Shown here: positions 39,561 through 49,607 of the stretch, one piece after another
Layout of the letters: each line of letters starts with the position of its first letter
How positions within the stretch are numbered: the first letter of the stretch is position 1
NCBI GenBank assembly: GCA_913051775.1
Contig: CAJXCL010000001.1
Location: 21,936 to 85,935 of the forward strand
DNA length: 64,000 nt
Origin: an uncultured Nitrospirota bacterium
GTDB lineage: Bacteria; Nitrospinota; Nitrospinia; CAJXCL01
Reading direction: 5' to 3'
Program-made: the position numbers and the translations under genes
Notes under the pieces: generated by a model
Database searches by the model: none
Told to the model about the DNA's origin: nothing
Seen by the model: the letters and a program-made list of their open reading frames with translations, nothing else

Positions 39561-40748
39561 TTATTGCAACTCCACAAGGAGCAGGCCGGGGTCTTCGAGG
39601 TGGGTGCTTACGGTTTTCAGGAACTTTGCTACCGTGGCGCCGTCCATCAATCTGTGGTCAAAGGTGAGCGATAAAGGTAAAACTTTCCTTATCTTTATTT
39701 CTCCATCTATTGCTACCGGTTTTTCTTGTATTCTGCCTGTGGCGAGGATTGCGGCTTCTGGATAGTTTATAATAGGAGTGGCAAAGATTCCTCCATAACC
39801 TCCGATATTAGTAATAGTGAAGGTGCTTCCTTTTAAATCTTTAAGAGCAATTTTCCTCGACCGGGCGTCATCTGCGATCCTACTTAAAGAATCAGCCAGA
39901 GTAAGAATATTTTTCTTGTCCGCGTTTTTAATGACTGGAACCATAAGGCCGTCATCCGTATCTACAGCAATGCCTATGTTGTAATAATTTTTTATAATGA
40001 TTTCTCCGTTTTCCATATCCAGTGTAGAGTTTAATACAGGATATTCTTTTAAACCGATAACTACCGCTTTGATGACAAAGGGGAGGAAAGTCAGGTTTTT
40101 CCCCTTTTTAGTCATAATACTTTTTTCTTTTTCTCTGATCTCCATGAGCTCAGTAACATCCGCTTCATCTATGTGAGTAACATTGGCTGAATCGTGCTGT
40201 TGAAAGGCCATATGCTTTGCGATGGCTTTTCTTATTCCTCTTAAGGGAACTCTTTTAATAGGACCATGCGAATCATCCCCTTCCTTTATACCGGTGCTTT
40301 CTTTACGGAATTTTTGCAAATCCTCTTTTGTAATCCTTCCGCCGGGACCTGTGCCTTTCACTTTACTAAGGTCTATACTTAAGTCTTTTGCTATTTTTTT
40401 GACCGCGGGAGTTGCCAGAACTTTAGAGGGTGCTTTCTTTGCAGCGGGTTCTTCGGCTTCCTCTAATACTCCTACAACAGTCCCCTTATCCTTTTTGCGT
40501 CCAAACTCCTCCTCAGTTCCTATAGTTAAAAGAACTTCTCCAACATTAATGACGTCACCTTCCTTGAAATGTAGATTAATTATCACTCCTTCTGTTGGAG
40601 AGGGTAATTCAACTACAGCTTTATCCGTTTCAACATCAACTAAGATATGATCTTCTTTTATCTTCTCTCCTACTCTTACCCTCCACTTCACTATTTCACC
40701 CTCGATTATTCCTTCCCCTACATCCGGAAATTTAAATTCTGTAACCAT
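39561..40748 (-). CDS. 2-Oxo-acid dehydrogenase complex E2 (dihydrolipoamide acyltransferase)
   Basis: 395 aa. Lipoyl-lysine motif 'VETDKAVVELPSP'. Catalytic 'DHRLMDGA'. Confidence 0.85.
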   Translation of the reverse strand: MVTEFKFPDVGEGIIEGEIVKWRVRVGEKIKEDHILVDVETDKAVVELPSPTEGVIINLHFKEGDVINVGEVLLTIGTEEEFGRKKDKGTVVGVLEEAEEPAAKKAPSKVLATPAVKKIAKDLSIDLSKVKGTGPGGRITKEDLQKFRKESTGIKEGDDSHGPIKRVPLRGIRKAIAKHMAFQQHDSANVTHIDEADVTELMEIREKEKSIMTKKGKNLTFLPFVIKAVVIGLKEYPVLNSTLDMENGEIIIKNYYNIGIAVDTDDGLMVPVIKNADKKNILTLADSLSRIADDARSRKIALKDLKGSTFTITNIGGYGGIFATPIINYPEAAILATGRIQEKPVAIDGEIKIRKVLPLSLTFDHRLMDGATVAKFLKTVSTHLEDPGLLLVELQ

Positions 40749-40838
40749 TTATTTTCCCCATCAAAGTTGTTAGATGTTAGTTTTTGGTTGTTAGGCAATA
40801 AATCAGCAATCTGACCCCCGACACCTGCAAACTGCAGT

Positions 40839-41816
40839 TTAAAAATTAATTATTTTTTTCAAACCCTGTAAAATCCTATCAACACTTGGTATATAATAAT
40901 CCTCACCTTTGGCAAGAGGGACGGCGATATCTTGCCCGGTAACCCTTAATACCGGCGCGTTAAGACTCAAAAGCGCTTTTTCATTTATCAAAGCGACTAT
41001 TTCAGCGCCCAATCCGCATGTTTTAGGTGCTTCGTGGACGACCAAAGCTCTACCGGTTTTTTCTACAGAGGTGATTATTGTATCCTTATCTAAAGGAGAA
41101 AGTGTTCTCAAATCTATTATCTCTATGTCAATATTCTCTTTCTCTGCTTCTTCCGAAACCGTTTCCACAACCCTAACCATAGCCCCCCAGCAAATAACAG
41201 TGATGTCTTTTCCTTCTTTAACCATTCTGGCCTTGCCCAGAGGTATGGTGTATTCCTCTTCAGGGATATCTTCTTTAATAGCCCTGTAAATTCTTTTTGG
41301 TTCAAGAAAAATTACAGTATCAGGGTCTCTAATGGCGGATGTAAGGAGTCCTTTGGTGTCTTTTGGAGTGGACGGGACTACCACCTTGATTCCTGGGATC
41401 TGGGTAAAGAGAGCTTCCGTGCTTTCGGAGTGATGCTCGGGTGCACGGATTCCTGCCCCATAAGGCACTCTGATAACCAGCGGAGCAGTAATTCTTCCGC
41501 GAGTTCTGTTTCTCAACCTCGCGGCATGACAGATGATATGATTTAGGATGTAATATACAAAGCCCATAAACTGAATTTCAGCAACAGGCCTTAACCCGTT
41601 CACTGCCATCCCTAACGCGCCGGCAACAATACCGTTTTCCGAGAGGGGAGTATCTATTACCCTGTTATCACCAAATTCCTCTAACAGTCCGATAGTAGCC
41701 CTGAAGACCCCGCCGTTTACCCCAACGTCTTCACCAAGAACGATGACACGGTCATCCCGCTTCATTTCTTCTTTTAACGCCAGGTTAACCGATTCAATTA
41801 TATTATGAACCGCCAT
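40839..41816 (-). CDS. 2-Oxo-acid dehydrogenase E1 component beta subunit
   Basis: 325 aa. Transketolase-like pyrimidine-binding and C-terminal domains. Confidence 0.85.
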   Translation of the reverse strand: MAVHNIIESVNLALKEEMKRDDRVIVLGEDVGVNGGVFRATIGLLEEFGDNRVIDTPLSENGIVAGALGMAVNGLRPVAEIQFMGFVYYILNHIICHAARLRNRTRGRITAPLVIRVPYGAGIRAPEHHSESTEALFTQIPGIKVVVPSTPKDTKGLLTSAIRDPDTVIFLEPKRIYRAIKEDIPEEEYTIPLGKARMVKEGKDITVICWGAMVRVVETVSEEAEKENIDIEIIDLRTLSPLDKDTIITSVEKTGRALVVHEAPKTCGLGAEIVALINEKALLSLNAPVLRVTGQDIAVPLAKGEDYYIPSVDRILQGLKKIINF

Positions 41817-41991
41817 AATAATTGACTATACAGCACGGTAAGTTGCCGCAACCAAAAGGGCTACCGCCCGTTGTCCAACAAAACTTTTAAAAAAAACGAA
41901 ATAATGTTGCAAGTTTGTAATACAGATTACTAAAATTTATTACAATTATTTACTTGTTTTTATTTTTAAACTTCCAAAAACTAACAACCTA

Positions 41992-43065
41992 TCACTCCTT
42001 TAGGCTTTCTTTTAATTCCTCCAACTCCTCTTTAATATGCCATGGCATTTCAGCATATGTATACTTAAAAAAATCTTCTATGTCAGGCGGCGGTTCGGCC
42101 TCTGCCTTTTTTACGGCTTCGTCTACCAGATCTTCCGCTTCTTTTCTTGTCTCTTTTTCAAAATTTTTATTCCATATCTGCTTTGATCCCAAATAAGATT
42201 TAAATCTTGCGATAGGATCTTTGCCGCGCCATTCATCAATTTCTTTTTCGCTTCTGTAGCGGGACGCATCATCTGCTGTGGTATGATCACCCATGCGATA
42301 TGTGACTGCTTCAATAAGAGTTGGCCCATCTCCTTTATTTGCTCTGTCAACAGCCTCTTTTGTGACGGCATACACGGCAAGGATGTCATTCCCATCCACC
42401 TGGATACCGTTAAAGCCGTATCCTATTGCCTTTTGAGCCAGGGTTTTAGACGCGCTTTGTTTTGTTCTAGGTACGGATATAGCCCACTGGTTGTTAATGC
42501 AGAGAAATACAGTTGGGGTTTTAAATACGCCGGCAAAGTTTAGCCCATCATGAAAATCTATTGCTGATGTAGCCCCGTCCCCAAAAGAAATCAGGGTAAC
42601 TGCTTTCTCTTTTTTCAGTTTTGAAGCCCAGGAAAATCCCATGCCGAGAGATATCTGACTGCCAACAGGGATAGCAATAGGAAACACATTTGTTCCTTCA
42701 GGGAATCTGCATCCATTTTCATTTCCCATCCAGTAAAGAAAAATAAGATCCAGGGGAACTCCCATCACAAGCATGGCGCCCATATCCCTGTACACAGGGA
42801 ACAGCCAATCATTTTTGTTCATGGCAAAGGCAGATCCGATCTGAACCGCCTCATGCCCTTTTAAAGGAGGGTATGTTCCAATTCTCCCTTCCCTTTGCAG
42901 GGCGAAAGCCTTCTCATCCGCAATGCGGGATAGAACCATGTATTTGTATATTTCGATTAAATCTTTTTTTTCAATTTTTGGTTCTAACTCGCTGTTGACA
43001 TTCCCATTTTCATCCAGTATTTGCAGCCTCTTGTTTTTTAAAGGATCGTATTCATCAATAAGCAT
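41992..43065 (-). CDS. 2-Oxo-acid dehydrogenase E1 component alpha subunit (TPP-dependent)
   Basis: 357 aa. TPP-binding 'GDGATSAIDFHDGLNFAG'. Confidence 0.85.
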   Translation of the reverse strand: MLIDEYDPLKNKRLQILDENGNVNSELEPKIEKKDLIEIYKYMVLSRIADEKAFALQREGRIGTYPPLKGHEAVQIGSAFAMNKNDWLFPVYRDMGAMLVMGVPLDLIFLYWMGNENGCRFPEGTNVFPIAIPVGSQISLGMGFSWASKLKKEKAVTLISFGDGATSAIDFHDGLNFAGVFKTPTVFLCINNQWAISVPRTKQSASKTLAQKAIGYGFNGIQVDGNDILAVYAVTKEAVDRANKGDGPTLIEAVTYRMGDHTTADDASRYRSEKEIDEWRGKDPIARFKSYLGSKQIWNKNFEKETRKEAEDLVDEAVKKAEAEPPPDIEDFFKYTYAEMPWHIKEELEELKESLKE

Positions 43066-43131
43066 CTTTAATCCGTAATCAGCTGTTAGTTTTTAGTTGC
43101 CTGTTTTTAGACCTTTTTTGCAAAGAATTAA

Positions 43132-43425
43132 TTAATCCTTGGAGCAATTTACCAATCTCAGCAATAGCGCTTTAAGTTTTTCATGGCTTCGCGAGTCTAT
43201 ATACTTTAGGCGTTGCCCTAATTTCATTATAGTTACCACTTCATATTGAGACCTCAAAGCAAAGTACAGAAATTGAATAAATTCTTTTGATGATTTGCAT
43301 GCGGAATCTTCTGAAATATTTAATGGTATAGATGTCGACGCCCTCCTAAACTGAGGTGTCAAACCATAAAGTTCTTCTTCAGGAAATCCTTTAGTTTTAT
43401 TATAAACTTCAAGACAGAATTCCAT
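43132..43425 (-). CDS. Four-helix-bundle protein (TIGR02436 / '23S rRNA intervening-sequence protein' family), N-terminally short
   Basis: 97 aa. 'FPEEELYGLTPQFRRASTSIPLNISED...KEFIQFLYFALRS' matches the family core. An in-frame stop lies 2 codons upstream of the ATG, so the usual ~25 N-terminal residues are absent. Confidence 0.5.
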   Translation of the reverse strand: MEFCLEVYNKTKGFPEEELYGLTPQFRRASTSIPLNISEDSACKSSKEFIQFLYFALRSQYEVVTIMKLGQRLKYIDSRSHEKLKALLLRLVNCSKD

Positions 43426-43536
43426 TGCTTTTTACCATACGATTAACTTTTCAAAATTTTAATATTTTGGCTTGTTGATTTTAAATGATGCAATCGTTTT
43501 TCATATTTCTAAAAACTAAAAACCAACTACTAACCA

Positions 43537-44025
43537 CTATTTTGTTGGGATAAAATAAACGTCCGTAACTTTAAACTTTGAGTTTCTTAAAAACTTTGTT
43601 CTTACATTCATCCCAATTTTTATATCTTTTTCTTCTATACCCATCAGTCTGGACAGGAACAGTGTACCCACACCTTCAAACTCCACGAGGATGAGATTGT
43701 ATGGGGTTTCTTTTAAAAACGCTTCACTGCCAAAATAACAAGTTGTCCACGTGTGGATTTTACCTGTTAGCGGTAGTTCAAACCATGATGTTTGTTTTCC
43801 GCAGTACATACAATGGCTTCTTGGAGTAGCATATTTATATTTACAGGGTTTGCATTCATTCCCCAAAAGTTTTCCCTTTGCAAGTCCGGCAAAAAAAGGC
43901 GAGTCCTGCGCGTAAGAATGAATGTAATTTATCTCATAACTGCTTTTTAGAATAATAGGGTCAAGATTAAAAAGAGTTGTCCCTTCTTCTGTCTCCGGCA
44001 GCTTGATTTTTTTATTCTTTGCCAT
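43537..44025 (-). CDS. Zn-ribbon / OB-fold DUF35 protein (thiolase partner)
   Basis: 162 aa. 'CKPCKYKYATPRSHCMYCGK' rubredoxin-like ribbon followed by an OB fold. Immediately downstream of the thiolase-like gene. Confidence 0.7.
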   Translation of the reverse strand: MAKNKKIKLPETEEGTTLFNLDPIILKSSYEINYIHSYAQDSPFFAGLAKGKLLGNECKPCKYKYATPRSHCMYCGKQTSWFELPLTGKIHTWTTCYFGSEAFLKETPYNLILVEFEGVGTLFLSRLMGIEEKDIKIGMNVRTKFLRNSKFKVTDVYFIPTK

Positions 44026-44131
44026 ATTCTTTATTCATCATTAGACACTAATTTTTTAAAATTTTCGTGTTTTTTTATTTTCCTCATTAGAAAGTCCTTC
44101 TTGAGAGGGAACTTATTTAGTAACTTATTTT

Positions 44132-45418
44132 TTATTGAGCCTTCTCTAAAATCGTCACAGTAACATAAGTGCCTGTTCCGGCATGGCTGTGGATGAGACC
44201 TTGCTTTGCATTTTTTACCTGAAGCTTATTATTTCCAAAATGTTTTTTAATTGTTCCCTGCAACTGCCACATGGCGAATACTGCCTGCATAATTCCGGTG
44301 GCTCCCACGGGATGACCAGATGCGAGAAGTCCTCCTGACGGGTTAACCGGAATCTTGCATTTCTTAGAAAGTTTCAATCCATATTCGATGCCATCCATAA
44401 AAGGAAATCCTTTTTCCACGAACTTCCCTCCTTCACCATATTTACATAAACCAAGGTCTTCATAAGTCTGAATTTCGGAAGACGTGTACGCGTCATGCAG
44501 TTCAATAAAATCCAGTTCTTCTATTGGATTTTTTATTCCTGCATGTTCATAAGCAGTTTTTGCAGCCATCCTTCCGGCCCTGAAAGAATGTACGCCGGGA
44601 TATTTCAACTTTTTGTAATCTTTTTTGTTTTCGTGAGGGAGAAGGATAACATCTCCATGTGGTCTGTCAGCCATTCTCATACAATCCGTTCCTGTTCCAA
44701 TGCCTTTTATTAAAACAGGATTTTCGCAAACTTTAAAAGCGGTTTCCTCATCTGCTAATATAACAGACGCGGCGCCGTCAGACATGGTACAGCAGTCAAG
44801 TCTTGTCAGAGGCCATGCCACCATTGCTGAGCTCCTCACGTCTTTCACGGTAAGCTCCACTGGGTGCTGAGCAAATGGATTATAAAGAGCGTTTTTATGG
44901 TTTTTAACAGATACGTATGCCATCTGTTCCGGCGTTGTTCCAAACTCATGCATATGTCTTACAACCATCATCGCGTAATATCCGGAGTAAAAGCCGCCAA
45001 CCGGGTAATCAAAGTTTGTATCCGAAGCATGGGCAATAAATTCATTTCCTTTCCATGTATTGACCCTACTCATGGTTTCGAAACCTGCCCCAACAACTAC
45101 CTTCATTCTCCCTGACGCAATTTCCTGGTATGCACTCTGAACACACAAACCGCCGGTAGCTCCTCCACCTTCCACTCTCCTTGAAGGTTTCGGACAGAGT
45201 CCTATATAATCCTGAACCATGGCTCCTGACATGAGCTGACGTGTAAAGTGGTCTGAAAAATAAGAGATCACAGAGCCGTCTATCATGGAAGGCTTGAGCT
45301 TTGGAACATCGGAAAGGGCATGATCATAAGCTTCCCTGACCATAAACCTGAAATCTTTCTCAGGATTTGCCTTGGAAAACTTTGTTACACCGCCTGATAT
45401 CAGATAAACTTTTTTCAA
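44132..45418 (-). CDS. Thiolase-like protein (SCP-x-type / DUF35-associated condensing-enzyme fold)
   Basis: 428 aa. Thiolase fold with active-site Cys region 'GLCVQSAY' and C-terminal 'GHPVGATG'. Confidence 0.7.
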   Translation of the reverse strand: MKKVYLISGGVTKFSKANPEKDFRFMVREAYDHALSDVPKLKPSMIDGSVISYFSDHFTRQLMSGAMVQDYIGLCPKPSRRVEGGGATGGLCVQSAYQEIASGRMKVVVGAGFETMSRVNTWKGNEFIAHASDTNFDYPVGGFYSGYYAMMVVRHMHEFGTTPEQMAYVSVKNHKNALYNPFAQHPVELTVKDVRSSAMVAWPLTRLDCCTMSDGAASVILADEETAFKVCENPVLIKGIGTGTDCMRMADRPHGDVILLPHENKKDYKKLKYPGVHSFRAGRMAAKTAYEHAGIKNPIEELDFIELHDAYTSSEIQTYEDLGLCKYGEGGKFVEKGFPFMDGIEYGLKLSKKCKIPVNPSGGLLASGHPVGATGIMQAVFAMWQLQGTIKKHFGNNKLQVKNAKQGLIHSHAGTGTYVTVTILEKAQ

Positions 45419-46141
45419 TTATACCCCTTTCACCGCAAAGACTCAGAGAATACAAAGATTAAATTTAATGCCTCAACATTATTACAGAAAATCTCTTTTT
45501 CCAAAACTAAAAAAACCTACCTTGAAAGCAAAACTTAATTTTTTAATTCCCGGCCACTAGAATAACAGCCGACCTATTGATTTGAAAATTTAAATACATG
45601 ATCAACAAAATTTGAGATTTTAATAGTAGGTTGTTGAAAACTTGACATAATGTATAATTATTATTAACTTTTATGGAGGTAGAAAAATAGAAGAAAAAGA
45701 GGAAAGAGGATTGGGGAAAATAATGTATGTGGAGTTTTGCAGGGCAATTGCCTAGGGCATTACCTTTTAGGTCTTTCTGTTTCTCAGCGTCTCTATAATA
45801 TTTTGCATCTTTAGGTAGGATGTCAAAGACGCTGAAGATTTTGCCTAAAAAAGGGCTATTACCAATGCGATGGGAAGTCTTCTTGACAAAGACATCTTTG
45901 TAAAGATTAAACAAAATACAAAAGAGACAATAGAATTTGCTGTTAAGTCCATTAATCGGGAATTAGTGGCACCCTATCGACCCCACCAAGAGTAGGGTAT
46001 GTGTCTCCCTGCATTTAACTTGACGCTCATTAATTAAATTATTAATGGAGCAGTTGCTAATAACGAAAAGCATGCAAAGGTGTGAGGATCGGCTTTACCT
46101 TTTTTCATTGCCAGAAAACACAAATATGACAATAATTAATT

Positions 46142-46942
46142 ATGAGAAAATCGGCGGTAGCAGGAAAATTTTATTCGGATTCACCAACTGAACTTCAGAA
46201 AGAAGTCTCAAGTTTCATTAATGTTTCATCCAAAAAACAAAATGCGCTTGGAGCTTTGTCCCCCCATGCCGGGTATGTTTATTCAGGGGCTGTAGCGGGC
46301 GCGGTTTTCTCAGCAATAGATCTGCCGAAATCTTTTGTAATTATTGGCCCAAACCATTCAGGAAGAGGTGAAACAGCATCTATTAATTCCAAAGAAGAAT
46401 GGAAAATGCCGGGCACTATCATAAAAATGAACAGCAGGCTGGCTGAAATTATCAAGTCAAAAAACAATGCGATAAAAGAAGACAGTATCGGACACCGATA
46501 TGAGCATTCTCTTGAAGTGCAAATACCTTTTATACAGAGTTTCCTTGACGATTTCGATATAGTGCCGATATGTATCCAGCATTTAGACTATTCTACCTGC
46601 AAAGAAATGGGAATTGCTATAGCAAGGTCTATTAAAGAATATGGCGAGCCTGTCTTAATAGTCGCTAGCAGTGATATGACACATTATGAATCTCAGAAAA
46701 GCGCGGAACAAAAAGACAGGATGGCGATTGATCAAATTATTAAACTTGATCCCAAAGGGCTTTTTGATACTGTCCGGAAACATTCTATCAGCATGTGCGG
46801 GTTTATTCCCGCCACAATTATGCTTATCGCCTGTAAGGAACTGGGAGCTGAACGTGCGGAAATGATAAAATACATGACGTCAGGAGATGTCAGCGGAGAC
46901 TATGATCAGGTTGTGGGATACTCTGGTGTTGTCGTTGTTTAA
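46142..46942 (+). CDS. MEMO1-family protein (AmmeMemoRadiSam system protein B)
   Basis: 266 aa. 'SPHAGYVYSG...IIGPNHSG' conserved Memo-like metal-site motifs. Confidence 0.7.
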   Translation: MRKSAVAGKFYSDSPTELQKEVSSFINVSSKKQNALGALSPHAGYVYSGAVAGAVFSAIDLPKSFVIIGPNHSGRGETASINSKEEWKMPGTIIKMNSRLAEIIKSKNNAIKEDSIGHRYEHSLEVQIPFIQSFLDDFDIVPICIQHLDYSTCKEMGIAIARSIKEYGEPVLIVASSDMTHYESQKSAEQKDRMAIDQIIKLDPKGLFDTVRKHSISMCGFIPATIMLIACKELGAERAEMIKYMTSGDVSGDYDQVVGYSGVVVV

Positions 46943-47006
46943 ACTTAAAAGCTGAAAGTCGAAACAGGAAGTCGTAATCAAATAAATCCCACTTGTTAAG
47001 TATTAT

Positions 47007-47058
47007 CCCCCCTTAGTCTCCCTTTGAGGGGGGGACTAAAAGGGGAAAATGTTTTTTT
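47007..47058 (+). terminator. Rho-independent terminator after the MEMO1-family gene
   Basis: Long GC hairpin 'cccccttagtctccc-tttga-gggggggactaaaagggg' followed by 'ttttttt'. Confidence 0.55.
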
Positions 47059-47107
47059 CGTTTGTAGTAAAAATAAGGTTTTATTGCTCCCCCTTTTACC
47101 GGTTAAG

Positions 47108-47332
47108 TCAACACACCTCTTCAACGCTTTGAACACCGGGTACTTTTTCTTTTAAAGCCTGTTCTATGCCCACTTTCAGGGTAACCTGAGAACTTGGACA
47201 TCCGGAACAAGCTCCGGTGAGTTTCAACTTAACGTTACCATCATTAGTTACATCAACTAATTCCACGTTTCCACCATCAGCCATCAGCATAGGCCGAATA
47301 TCCTCCAATGCTTTTTCTACCTGTTCTTTCAT
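47108..47332 (-). CDS. NifU-like (Nfu) Fe-S cluster scaffold domain protein
   Basis: 74 aa. '[11 protein letters not shown]' CxxC motif of the NifU C-terminal domain. Confidence 0.7.
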   Translation of the reverse strand: MKEQVEKALEDIRPMLMADGGNVELVDVTNDGNVKLKLTGACSGCPSSQVTLKVGIEQALKEKVPGVQSVEEVC

Positions 47333-47737
47333 AATAATTTCCTCCTTTAATAAATTATCTAACTCAATACTTTAACATATTTATATATAAGAAAAAATGT
47401 TTTTTTACTCTTTATTTGCATAATAATTAATGGAATTACGATGTGATGAAGTTTGGAATTTATACTAGAACTATAGATTATGTGAGAGAGTTATTTGAAA
47501 ATCTTTCTTTTAAATACGCCCACGAATGGAAAAAAGAAGATCACTCTTGAAAGATTATTGGGTTTTTGCCTATATACATTGATCTCCCTCCAACATTGTA
47601 CAACCCTCAGAGTGATGATTTTTCTATGCCGTCAGTTGGAGAGGAGCGAAAACTGATGGCACAGGTTCAAACGTTCCTGGTGCTGGAGATAGATATCCCG
47701 GTGAGTTGTGAGGTCTGATAATATTACATTCTATGCG

Positions 47738-47869
47738 TCACTCTTCAATCAATACTTTTGCTTCAGCCATAATCTCAAAAATCTCACCATTTAAGAGCTC
47801 ATCCCGAAGCTTTCTTGTAATTTGCTCTGCTCGAAAACGCTTTTTTCCTATAAACTTGCGCGCTTTCTC
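47738..47869 (-). pseudogene. Possible remnant of an IS3-family transposase OrfA (HTH N-terminus), no start codon
   Basis: Reverse-strand translation 'EKARKFIGKKRFRAEQITRKLRDELLNGEIFEIMAEAKVLIEE*' resembles the '...F(T/S)xEQI(I/V)xKLREAE...' N-terminus of IS3 OrfA proteins. It is 43 codons long and stop-bounded on both sides. Confidence 0.3.
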
Positions 47870-48115
47870 TTAATGTTTTTTATCACAATACTAACTTTAA
47901 AGGTTGTTCAATTTTCAAGGGGTATGGCCATCTTTTTTCTCCAAAATTAAATCCAGTTATTTCCATAAATCCTGCCAAAAAAATACCTGCTTTATCCCTC
48001 AGAAAACAAATATATTTTTTTCTATTTTTTTGTTGACAAGGTATTGAAGATATGGAATTATGTGTCTTAAAATGTATTAAAGTGTTTTATAGTGTCATAA
48101 AAATAGTAAATTTCT

Positions 48116-48568
48116 ATGTTTACTGGCAATTACACATTGAATCTGGATTCCAAGGGCAGGATGAATATCCCTGCTAAATATAAGGAAGTTCTGGAAACGA
48201 AATATAACGATGTACTGTTTATAACCACTAAATCCAACTGTCTTACGGCTTATCCGCAGTCTGTGTGGGATGTCCTTGTAAACCAGGTAAGACAGCTTTC
48301 TTCTTTAAAAAAGGAAGTGAGTGAATTTAAACGGCTTTTTTTAGGCTCGGCACAAGAAGTTACTATTAAACACGGCCGTATTCTTATTCCGGCTAACCTC
48401 AGAAGCCATGCCGGCATTGCTAAAGCAGCAGTTCTTGTTGGAGTGGATGACACATTTGAGATATGGAGCAAGGATAGCTGGATTGAGTTTTTCCAGGATA
48501 GACAGGAAAGTTTGGATGACTTAGGGGATAAGCTTGCTGATCTTGGTGACAAACTTCCCAACATTTAA
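48116..48568 (+). CDS. mraZ: Transcriptional regulator MraZ
   Basis: 150 aa. Duplicated MraZ half-domains. First gene of the dcw cluster. Confidence 0.85.
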   Translation: MFTGNYTLNLDSKGRMNIPAKYKEVLETKYNDVLFITTKSNCLTAYPQSVWDVLVNQVRQLSSLKKEVSEFKRLFLGSAQEVTIKHGRILIPANLRSHAGIAKAAVLVGVDDTFEIWSKDSWIEFFQDRQESLDDLGDKLADLGDKLPNI

Positions 48569-48574
48569 CAGGGT

Positions 48575-49519
48575 GTGTTAATGAAGAAAATGCACCTGGC
48601 TGTGTTAACAGGAGAGATTTTGGAAATGCTCCAGGTCAAAAAACACGGTATCTATCTGGATGGTACCCTTGGCGATGGCAGCCATGCTGAGCAAATCCTT
48701 TCCCGAATGGATCCCGAGGGAATATTAGTTGCTTTTGAACAGGATAAAGATTCTATTTCTTTCGCTCAAAAGCGGCTCCAGCCTTTTAAATCCCAAACGA
48801 AAATATTTCACGACAATTTTAAGAACGCAAGGAAAGTTCTTATTAAAGAAAAGATCGGACTTTTGAATGGAATTTTATTAGACCTGGGGTTCTCGTCACG
48901 ACAACTGGAAAACCCAGAAAGGGGATTCAGCTTTGCTTCAGATGCTTTTTTGGATATGAGAATGGACCAAAGAACCAAAACTACTGCTTTTGACCTAATA
49001 AATAATTCTTCGGAAAATGAGCTAATAACTATTTTTAAGGAGTTTGGCGAAGAAAGATGGGCAAAGAGGATCGCCAGAGCCATTATAAGTACAAGGAAAA
49101 TACAACCCATACGAACCACAGGTGAGTTGAGCAAGTTAATTCTTTCCACGGTTCCGGCAAAATCAAAAAAATACAAAATTCATCCGGCGACAAGGGTATT
49201 TCAAGCATTGAGAATTGCTGTTAACAATGAATTGGAAGCTTTATCTACTATTTTAGATGATGGTATTGAGTGCCTTAAACCGTCCGGCAGGTTTTGCGTT
49301 ATTTCCTTTCATTCACTTGAAGACCGCCTGGTAAAGACGAGGTTTCGTCAACTTGAGAAGGGTTGTATCTGTCCGCCAGATATACCGCAATGTGTGTGCG
49401 GCAGGAAAGGCGTGTTAAAGGTAATAACGAAAAAGCCGATTGTGCCGACGGAAGATGAAGTAAAGAAGAACCCGAGAGCAAGAAGCGCAAAACTGAGAGT
49501 AGCGGAGAAAATAGGTTGA
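48575..49519 (+). CDS. rsmH: 16S rRNA (cytosine1402-N4)-methyltransferase
   Basis: 314 aa. 'DGTLGDGSHA', 'LLDLGFSSRQL', 'SFHSLEDRLVK' RsmH motifs. Confidence 0.9.
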   Translation: MLMKKMHLAVLTGEILEMLQVKKHGIYLDGTLGDGSHAEQILSRMDPEGILVAFEQDKDSISFAQKRLQPFKSQTKIFHDNFKNARKVLIKEKIGLLNGILLDLGFSSRQLENPERGFSFASDAFLDMRMDQRTKTTAFDLINNSSENELITIFKEFGEERWAKRIARAIISTRKIQPIRTTGELSKLILSTVPAKSKKYKIHPATRVFQALRIAVNNELEALSTILDDGIECLKPSGRFCVISFHSLEDRLVKTRFRQLEKGCICPPDIPQCVCGRKGVLKVITKKPIVPTEDEVKKNPRARSAKLRVAEKIG

Positions 49520-49607
49520 CAGTTGTAAGAGTTAGGAGATCGGCAGCAATTGAAAAAGCTATTTTTACCATGATCCTTGAGAACTGAATCCTGAAAACTG
49601 ACTTCAT

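Noticed and set aside
45543-45914. 123-aa antisense ORF in the long 45.4-46.1 kb spacer
   Set aside because: The C-terminal half is F/L/I/N low-complexity, typical of AT-rich non-coding DNA. It is kept only as an alternative explanation in the finding for that region.
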